Below are positions 50,754 to 56,883 of a stretch of 64,000 nucleotides of DNA, in pieces. The notes below the pieces were generated by a model, which was not told the DNA's origin, ran no database searches, and saw only the letters and a list, made by a program, of their open reading frames with translations. The translations under genes were made by a program, and so were the position numbers. The stretch covers positions 64,001 through 128,000 of the forward strand of contig JBPOGI010000006.1 in the NCBI GenBank assembly GCA_051251855.1. The letters run 5' to 3'. Every line of letters starts with the position of its first letter. Position 1 is the stretch's first letter. This stretch comes from Roseibacillus sp. (GTDB taxonomy: Bacteria > Verrucomicrobiota > Verrucomicrobiia > Verrucomicrobiales > Akkermansiaceae).

Positions 50754-50841
50754 ACGAAGTGTTCCCACCACGGTCTTCTAAGCCGTCGACGATAAACTGT
50801 GGGCAGGATGTCGAGGGGTTCGAGTCCTCCACTTCGTTCCA
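50754..50841 (+). tRNA. tRNA-Arg(UCU)-like, no D-arm, expanded variable region
   Basis: ACGAAGT/ACTTCGT; ACGGT-cttctaa-GCCGT; TTCGAGT; CCA; only 9 nt between acceptor and anticodon stems. Confidence 0.7.
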
Positions 50842-50846
50842 TTTTT

Positions 50847-50919
50847 GCCTGCGTAGCCCAACGGAAGAGGCGCCCGGCTTAGAACCGGTTCAGTGTGGGT
50901 TCGACTCCCTCCGCAGGTA
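50847..50919 (+). tRNA. tRNA-Leu(UAG), short variable loop, no encoded CCA
   Basis: GCCTGCG/CGCAGGT, A73; loop cttagaa; TTCGACT. Confidence 0.85.
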
Positions 50920-50928
50920 CTTTTCTAA

Positions 50929-51002
50929 TTCCATGTAGCCCAACTGGTAGAGGCTCTCGACTTAAGATCGAGCAAGTGTCAGTTCGACTCTGACCATGGA
51001 AA
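50929..51002 (+). tRNA. tRNA-Leu(UAA), short variable loop, no encoded CCA
   Basis: TTCCATG/CATGGAA, A73; CTCGA-cttaaga-TCGAG; TTCGACT. Confidence 0.85.
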
Positions 51003-51008
51003 TTTTCA

Positions 51009-51095
51009 GGAGTTCGAACCGGACAAGCGAGCCGGTCGCGTTTGCTAAACGCTGAGTTGCCATTTGGTAAAGGGGTGCAAGTCCTCCGAGCTCCG
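51009..51095 (+). tRNA. tRNA-Ser(GCU)
   Basis: GGAGTTC/GAGCTCC, G73; loop ttgctaa; long variable arm; T-loop TGCAAGT; followed by CCG. Confidence 0.82.
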
Positions 51096-51105
51096 CCGTT
51101 TTTTA

Positions 51106-51193
51106 GGAGGGTGCCGCTAAGTGGCTGGCAACTGGTCTTGAAAACCAGGGTAGGCATTGCGTCCTAGGGGTTCGATTCCTCCACCCTCCGCCA
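51106..51193 (+). tRNA. tRNA-Ser(UGA)
   Basis: GGAGGGT/ACCCTCC, G73; CTGGT-cttgaaa-ACCAG; long variable arm; CCA. Confidence 0.9.
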
Positions 51194-51196
51194 ATC

Positions 51197-51271
51197 ATCC
51201 CAGTCGTCTAATTGGTAAGACGCCCCGCGCCGAGCGGGGAGATGCCGCTTCGAAGTCGGCCGGGGAATCCC
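51197..51271 (+). tRNA. Degenerate tRNA-like gene (nominal anticodon CCG)
   Basis: Intact D-arm GTCT/AGAC; CCCCG-cgccgag-CGGGG with G33; two acceptor mismatches; ends TCCC. Confidence 0.55.
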
Positions 51272-51277
51272 TTTTCT

Positions 51278-51352
51278 GGGTCTGTAGCTCAATTGGTAGA
51301 GCAACCGGTTTTTACCCGGTCGATGCGGGTTCGAGACCCGACAGACCCACCA
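51278..51352 (+). tRNA. tRNA-Lys(UUU)
   Basis: GGGTCTG/CAGACCC; ACCGG-tttttac-CCGGT; CCA. Confidence 0.9.
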
Positions 51353-51361
51353 ATTTTCAAC

Positions 51362-51517
51362 GCTCCTGTCAGCTATGGGTAGGCTTTCGCACTTTCACTG
51401 CGGCAAACCGGGTTCGAATGCATTTCTTGGTTACAAGACATTCTGAACATCCAGCTCGGGGCGAGCTGCATACCGCATGGACCTGAAGGATGAAGGTCAA
51501 TCCCGGCAGGAGTACCA
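51362..51517 (+). tRNA. tRNA-Glu(UUC) with 82-nt T-loop insertion
   Basis: GCTCCTG/CAGGAGT-A-CCA; loop ctttcac; T-stem CCGGG (51408-51412) and CCCGG (51502-51506) separated by TTCGAAT plus 82 nt. Confidence 0.85.
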
Positions 51518-51524
51518 ATTTTCT

Positions 51525-51599
51525 CGGGGGGTAGTTCAATGGGAGAACGCGCGCTTTGGAAGCGTGAGGTTGTCGGTTTGAGTCCGGCTCCCCCGACCA
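51525..51599 (+). tRNA. tRNA-Pro(UGG)
   Basis: CGGGGGG/TCCCCCG-A-CCA; loop tttggaa. Confidence 0.9.
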
Positions 51600-51607
51600 C
51601 TTTTAAT

Positions 51608-51768
51608 TCCCGGATAGCTTAATCGGCAGAGCACTCGACTTTGACTCGAGCAGTGTGGGTTCGATTGCCCTCGCTCCGCTCATGCCATGCGATGTCCAGT
51701 TTCCTCCTCCGGAAACTGAGAAATTCGATGCGCATAAATGTGCGGAAGCATTCCCACTCCGGGCACCA
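51608..51768 (+). tRNA. tRNA-Gln(UUG) with 86-nt T-loop insertion
   Basis: TCCCGGA/TCCGGGC-A-CCA; CTCGA-ctttgac-TCGAG; T-stem GTGGG (51655-51659) and CCCAC (51753-51757) separated by TTCGATT plus 86 nt. Confidence 0.85.
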
Positions 51769-51789
51769 ATTTTAACCAAACATGAAACA

Positions 51790-52383
51790 ATGATAACACT
51801 AGTAAAAGCGAAAGACCTTCGCCCCATCTTGGAGACGGAACGTCTTCTCTTGCGTCCCCTTGAAATGAACGATGCTGCCGACGTGCGTCGCCTAGTCGGT
51901 GATATTCGTGTGGCCGAAAATCTAGGGCTTGTTCCGCATCCCTATCCAGAGGGACTGGCGGAAGAATGGATTTCTGGTCAGAGAGCAGAATATGAAGCGG
52001 GTAGGCATCTCACTTTTGCGATTACTACCAAAGCAACTAACGAACTGATGGGAGTAATCAGCCTTCATCCCAAAGAAGATCTTCTTCGCGCGTCAGTTGG
52101 TTACTGGGTTGGCGTTCCCTATTGGGGAAACGGCTACACCACGGAGGCTCTCAAGGAGATGCTCCGATTTGGCTTTGACGACTTTGCCCTGCAAAGAATC
52201 TTCGCTACTCACTTTGTCACCAATCCTGCTTCGGGCCGGGTGATGGAGAAAGTGGGGATGCAGCTCGAAGGCGTGATGAAGCTGGGTATCTCAAGATTTG
52301 GGGTGCTGCGCGACAGTATGCAGCGAGCGATCATCAAACCCGATTGGGAACGCCAGCGACAGGCGGAAGAACTTTACTGCTAG
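51790..52383 (+). CDS. RimJ/RimL-family GNAT N-acetyltransferase
   Basis: LETERLLLRP, VGYW, YWGNGYTTEA, NPASGRVMEKVGM. Confidence 0.92.
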   Translation: MITLVKAKDLRPILETERLLLRPLEMNDAADVRRLVGDIRVAENLGLVPHPYPEGLAEEWISGQRAEYEAGRHLTFAITTKATNELMGVISLHPKEDLLRASVGYWVGVPYWGNGYTTEALKEMLRFGFDDFALQRIFATHFVTNPASGRVMEKVGMQLEGVMKLGISRFGVLRDSMQRAIIKPDWERQRQAEELYC

Positions 52384-52455
52384 ACCGTGTCGTGTGTGAA
52401 AGCGGCGGGTGGGCACTTTGCCAGCCCACTCGCCGCAAACCCATTTAACTTACCA

Positions 52456-53220
52456 ATGAATAAAAATAGAAATGAGCAGAGGCGTTTGAAATCAGAACGT
52501 CTGGAAACGCGAGACAAAGTGATTCTTGCCCTTGAACGAGAGCGCCGAGATTTGTGGAACCAGCTCCGGAAAGCTCCTTTGGAAGAACTGAAGGAGCCTT
52601 ATCAAAAAGGCTGGGAGCGGTTCTTTGTTCTCAGCGAGCAGGCGAAGCGGAGAAAGGATGCCGAGAAGCTAGAATTGGCCCTTTCCCTTATTCGGAATTA
52701 TCAGCGCTGTTCCGTGAATCCATTTCGACACTATCGCTACAAGAGCAAGCGCATGGTGCCATGGGAGCACAATTTGAGTGGATTAAGAGCGAGAGCTTTT
52801 CTATCTCAACGGACTTCCGAGGAGGTCATGCAATACTTTCGAGTGCGTCTGCGTGAGCCTTTGACTCGAGAGCGAGTTCGAGAATTGGTTCGTTCAGGTT
52901 GGCAGGGAAAATTTTGGTTCCGCTACCCTGAGTATGCGGTTTCTCAAGTGCAGCCATTTATGATCACACACTGCCGCGTAGCTTTGCCCGAGGTGGAGAG
53001 CCGCTTGTCTGAAGTAGAGGCGACCCTTCGAAAAGATGGTAACGAATATCGGCTTCGCCATCTCAAGGATTGGGGCTTTAGCTGTTGGCGTCGGATGGAT
53101 GAAAGGGCTCAAGAAATGAAGGAGGTGCCGCTGATTCGGAGAGAGATTGAAGAAGCGATCTTTGACTTCGAAAGTAAGCAGGAGCCTAGCTACTGGTGTC
53201 CCGTTCTTTTTCTCAATTGA
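52456..53220 (+). CDS. Basic (Arg/Lys-rich) hypothetical protein
   Basis: ATG 52456; PYQKGWERFFVL motif; co-oriented within the unit. Confidence 0.75.
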   Translation: MNKNRNEQRRLKSERLETRDKVILALERERRDLWNQLRKAPLEELKEPYQKGWERFFVLSEQAKRRKDAEKLELALSLIRNYQRCSVNPFRHYRYKSKRMVPWEHNLSGLRARAFLSQRTSEEVMQYFRVRLREPLTRERVRELVRSGWQGKFWFRYPEYAVSQVQPFMITHCRVALPEVESRLSEVEATLRKDGNEYRLRHLKDWGFSCWRRMDERAQEMKEVPLIRREIEEAIFDFESKQEPSYWCPVLFLN

Positions 53221-53542
53221 AGGAGAACGCGACGTCAGTGGCTGCGCTGTGAGTTGCAATACCACGCTTTAAACTAGGAACAAACACCAGGGGATTTCGG
53301 CGGAGCTTTCGATGGGTTCTTTGACTCTGAAACGAGCAGTAGAAAACCCAAGAAATGCAGAAGAGAGCAGCATCAGTGAGAAGAAGAATCCGGCATTTAC
53401 TGGAGAAGAAAGAGAAGCAGAAAAAGAAGATTCAACCCGAGTCTCCCCGCGAGAAAACCGACTATGAACAATCGCCAGTGAATCAAATCACGGTGAGGAC
53501 GATAGAGGGTTTTTGGGGACAGCAATAAGAAGAGAAAAAGAG

Positions 53543-54142
53543 ATGAACACCGTAATGAATAAGAGCGTCGTGCTCGTGCTAAACAGGCACTGGCAAGCCG
53601 TCAATGTCACCACCCCCGCGGAGGCCTTTGCTTCCATGATGACCGATGCCGCGACAGGCTTGGATATTCGAGGGGAAGACTGGATGGTTCCGGTGAAGTG
53701 GCAGGATTGGGTCCAGTTGTCTGTTCGAGAAGGAGACTTCTCGGTAGGGACGGTGGACGGTCAGGTGCGCGTTCCGACGGTGATTGTCTTGAGTCGTTTT
53801 GACCGAGTGCCGCGCAAGCGCCTCAGTTTCTCTTTGCGTGGTCTTTGGCTGCGGGATGGGGGACGGTGTCAATATACCGGACGTTCTCTCCGGCCAGAGG
53901 AAGGCAATATCGACCACGTCATTCCTCGCTCGCGCGGGGGAGAGACTTCTTGGGAGAACTGCGTGCTTTCTGACCGCAAGGTGAACAACCGGAAAGCAGA
54001 CCGGACCCCGGAAGAAGCGGGCTTACGCCTGAATTCCGATCCGGTGCGTCCTCCGGAAGTGCCCGTCACCTATTTGCTGCGGAATCCGTTCCAAATTGCA
54101 GATTGGGAGGTCTTCCTCCCTGAACGCTCGGAAGAAAATTGA
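53543..54142 (+). CDS. HNH endonuclease
   Basis: VLVLN; RDGGRCQY; IDHVIPRSRGG.TSWEN; N.RKADRTPEEAG. Confidence 0.92.
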   Translation: MNTVMNKSVVLVLNRHWQAVNVTTPAEAFASMMTDAATGLDIRGEDWMVPVKWQDWVQLSVREGDFSVGTVDGQVRVPTVIVLSRFDRVPRKRLSFSLRGLWLRDGGRCQYTGRSLRPEEGNIDHVIPRSRGGETSWENCVLSDRKVNNRKADRTPEEAGLRLNSDPVRPPEVPVTYLLRNPFQIADWEVFLPERSEEN

Positions 54143-54224
54143 TAAAATCTCGACCAACTTCAAGGCAAGTGGACCTGCAGGGAATTCCCGGAACGGTCTC
54201 CACGCATCGGCTCGATGGTCGAAC

Positions 54225-54290
54225 TCTGAAGTAGCTCAGATGGTAGAGCAACGAACTCATAATTCGTCGGTCACGGGTTCGATCCCCGTC
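54225..54290 (+). pseudogene. tRNA(CAU) fragment lacking the 3' acceptor strand
   Basis: D-arm GCTC/GAGC, ACGAA-ctcataa-TTCGT, ACGGG-TTCGATC-CCCGT, then CTAACAAAAC, which does not pair with TCTGAAG. Confidence 0.7.
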
Positions 54291-54299
54291 TAACAAAAC

Positions 54300-54437
54300 A
54301 AGCCCCTTTCGCTCCAGATTGCTTCGGCAGTCAGCTCGAACTTGGCCCAGCGAATCACGCCGCTCCTCAGTCCCGAATGTTTCCGGATGAGTGACGCGAT
54401 GATTCCCGCCGGGAAAGAGTGGAGTGGGGGAGGCTTA
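54300..54437 (+). ncRNA. Candidate structured RNA
   Basis: AAGCCCCTTTCGCTCCA pairs with TGGAGTGGGGGGAGGCTT; internal GATTGC-TTCG-GCAGTC hairpin. Confidence 0.45.
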
Positions 54438-54469
54438 CAAATTTAACCCCAAAGAAAGAAAAAGAAGAA

Positions 54470-55237
54470 ATGAATGAATGGATGATCGTAGCAGTGGTTG
54501 TCGCAGTGGCGGCCGCTCTTGGAATGGTGAAAGTGATCCTAGGCAACCGCCAGAAGGTGATCGTGAATAGTTTTGAGAAGGCCCTCATGTTCTACAATGG
54601 CAAGTTGGTGAAAGAGCTGGAAGCGGGTGAGACCGTTTTCTGGGGTCAAGGATACGAAGTGAAACGTGTCGATGGCCGTTGGCAGGAGTTGGTGGTGCAA
54701 AGCCAAGAATTCCTGACCGCCGACCGAGCTTCCGTGAAGGTGAGCGGAGTGGTGCGTTTTCGCGTGGCGGATGCGCTGAAGTATTTCGGCGAATCCCAAG
54801 CGCCTCTCGTGACCGTTCATACCGCGACTCAGATGGCACTGCGTGATGTGGTGGGAAGTCTGGGCGTGGAAGCGGTGCTGGAGCGTCAAGACGGTCTCGG
54901 TGATCGAATGAAGGCTCTGGTTGCGGCCCCAGCGGAAGCTCTTGGAATCGAAGTCAACGCTGTCGTGGCGCGTGACCTGATGCTCGCCGGTGACCTGAAG
55001 AAGGCCTACCAGGCGACTTTGAGCGCGAAACAAGAAGCTCTCGCAGGACTTGAAAAGGCCCGTGGCGAGGCGGCTGCTATACGTGTGAAAGCGAATGCTG
55101 CCCGGGTTTACGAAAAGAACCCTGCCTTGCTGCAACTCGAAGCTCTCGAGACCGTGGCGAAGCTGGGGGACGGAATGAACAACCATCTGGTGCTTGGATC
55201 ACTCGATTCCTTGCTGAAGATGGTGAAAACTGAATGA
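54470..55237 (+). CDS. SPFH/band-7 (slipin-like) protein
   Basis: N-terminal TM; QEFLTAD, LRDVVG, RDLML, LEKARGEAAAIR..ANAA, NPALLQL. Confidence 0.9.
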   Translation: MNEWMIVAVVVAVAAALGMVKVILGNRQKVIVNSFEKALMFYNGKLVKELEAGETVFWGQGYEVKRVDGRWQELVVQSQEFLTADRASVKVSGVVRFRVADALKYFGESQAPLVTVHTATQMALRDVVGSLGVEAVLERQDGLGDRMKALVAAPAEALGIEVNAVVARDLMLAGDLKKAYQATLSAKQEALAGLEKARGEAAAIRVKANAARVYEKNPALLQLEALETVAKLGDGMNNHLVLGSLDSLLKMVKTE

Positions 55238-55302
55238 TAGAAAAACTGGGGACGCCTCGCCGTGAATGCTGCGGGGCGTCCCTTACAAACTTTTGAAAAA
55301 CA

Positions 55303-56877
55303 ATGAGCCTGATTGGACAGGAAGAATTAATTGAAGCGGGTTGGGAACCTGGTCCGCACTTTGGAGAGATGATCGTGAAGCTGCGTGAATATGAAGAGCG
55401 TGGTATTTGCGATAAGAAGTATTTGCTCAAGCTGTTAGCGAAGGACTTTGGGGAACCAGAGCCTAAGTTGGCGATGCGTCCTGCGCCGGTGAAGTGCGCG
55501 GAAGCGATTCGTCCCGAGAACGATGAGGAGAAGGAGAATGTGTCGAGAGTTCGTCAGAAGATGAGCGAGCTCTTGAAGGTTCCCGTGATTTCTCAAGGGG
55601 CGGTGATGCCCGATGCGTGTCCGGCGGGAATGCATGAAGCGACCATTCCGGTGGGCGGGGCCATTGCGGTGGAAAATGCGATCATTCCAAGCGCGCATTC
55701 AGCGGATGTTTGCTGCTCCATGTTTGCCTCTTTCTACGTGGAACGCAGTAGTGTCGCCAGCGAGCTGGATGCTTTGACGGCGGCGACTCGTTTCGGTCCC
55801 GGTGGTCGTCACTATGACCACTTGGTGGAGCATACCGTGAATGAGGAAGACTTTTGGTCGAATCCGTTTTTGAGCGGGTTGAAGGACTACGGACGCATTC
55901 ACATGGCTGACCAAGGGGACGGGAATCACTTTGCCTACTTGGGTGAAGTCGAGGTGACCTCTGATGTTGTGAGCAAGCTGCACTTGGCTGGATATGGCGC
56001 GCTTGCGGATCAGCTTTCGGGTTCTGGAGAGAATCAAGAGACGCTGCGTCTTCGCGTTCTGGTGACTCATCATGGGTCGCGAGGATTGGGAGCGCATCTC
56101 TATAAGCGAGGTCAAAAGGCGGCTTTGAAGCAAACCGACAAGGCAGCGCGAGGGGTTCCTTCGGCAGCGGCGTGGTTGGATGCGCGCAGTGATGACGGCC
56201 GTGCTTATTGGGAGGCTTTGCAATATGTGGGTCTTTGGACTCGTGCCAACCACGAGGCTATCCATGAGCGTTTCTTGAACAACATCGGAGCGGAAAAGCT
56301 GGCGAGCTTTGGCAATGAACATAACTTCGTGTGGAAGCGTGGGGATGTCTTCATGCATGGCAAGGGAGCGACTCCAGCTTGGAAAGACTCCGATGGGCGT
56401 CCGCTGTTAGGATTGATTCCGCTCAATATGGCGGAGCCGATTCTGATGGTGCTGGGCGGCGACCAGAGCGAGTTCCTTTCCTTTGCTCCTCACGGTGCCG
56501 GCCGAAATGTTTCCCGAACCAAGTTGCGTGGTCGTTACGGCGACGAGGCCACTCGTCAGAATGTGATTGCGCATCATACCCGGGACATCGACGTGCGCTG
56601 GTATTGTGGTAAGGCGGACCTGAGCGAAACTCCGGTGGCCTACAAAAATGCCGACCAGGTGAAGGCGCAGATTCAGGAATTCGGCCTCGCGGAAATCGTG
56701 GCTGAGATTCGTCCTCTGGGATGCATCATGGCCGGCGAGAGCCCTCGGATGGATTGGAAGAAGTATCGCAAGGAGCAGTTAAGTCCGAAGCAGAAGCGTC
56801 AGATTCAGCATCGTGCGGAGCGACGTAAGACCAAGCAAGGTCTCGGGAATTGGGACGAGCCCGATTCCTTAGATTGA
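55303..56877 (+). CDS. rtcB: RtcB-family RNA ligase
   Basis: MPDAC, ADVCCS, GDGNHF, HHGSRG, HNF, KGATP, HGAGR, ETP.AYK. Confidence 0.93.
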   Translation: MSLIGQEELIEAGWEPGPHFGEMIVKLREYEERGICDKKYLLKLLAKDFGEPEPKLAMRPAPVKCAEAIRPENDEEKENVSRVRQKMSELLKVPVISQGAVMPDACPAGMHEATIPVGGAIAVENAIIPSAHSADVCCSMFASFYVERSSVASELDALTAATRFGPGGRHYDHLVEHTVNEEDFWSNPFLSGLKDYGRIHMADQGDGNHFAYLGEVEVTSDVVSKLHLAGYGALADQLSGSGENQETLRLRVLVTHHGSRGLGAHLYKRGQKAALKQTDKAARGVPSAAAWLDARSDDGRAYWEALQYVGLWTRANHEAIHERFLNNIGAEKLASFGNEHNFVWKRGDVFMHGKGATPAWKDSDGRPLLGLIPLNMAEPILMVLGGDQSEFLSFAPHGAGRNVSRTKLRGRYGDEATRQNVIAHHTRDIDVRWYCGKADLSETPVAYKNADQVKAQIQEFGLAEIVAEIRPLGCIMAGESPRMDWKKYRKEQLSPKQKRQIQHRAERRKTKQGLGNWDEPDSLD

Positions 56878-56883
56878 TGGACG

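Noticed and set aside
51420..51752. Group I/II intron, hammerhead or canonical bulge-helix-bulge identity for the T-loop inserts
   Set aside because: Too short for group I/II; no correctly arranged CUGANGA/GAAA core; no clear 3-4-3 BHB at the junctions by eye
49992..51768. CRISPR-like periodicity
   Set aside because: Units are distinct tRNA cloverleaves, not identical repeats; no cas genes
51655..51789. 45-aa N-terminal extension of the GNAT ORF
   Set aside because: Overlaps tRNA-Gln; ATG 51790 gives a typical RimJ/L start
48778..51827. Short ORFs across the ncRNA/tRNA region
   Set aside because: No protein motifs; the sequence is explained by RNA structures and tRNAs
54322..54329. CTTCGGCA as the displaced 3' acceptor strand of the CAU tRNA
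   Set aside because: Can pair 6/7 with TCTGAAG but sits in a stable UUCG hairpin and lacks CCA; not convincing, though not excluded
48184..56877. Prophage or integrative element as explanation of the tRNA array
   Set aside because: No integrase, capsid, terminase or flanking att repeats seen; ancient mobile origin not excluded
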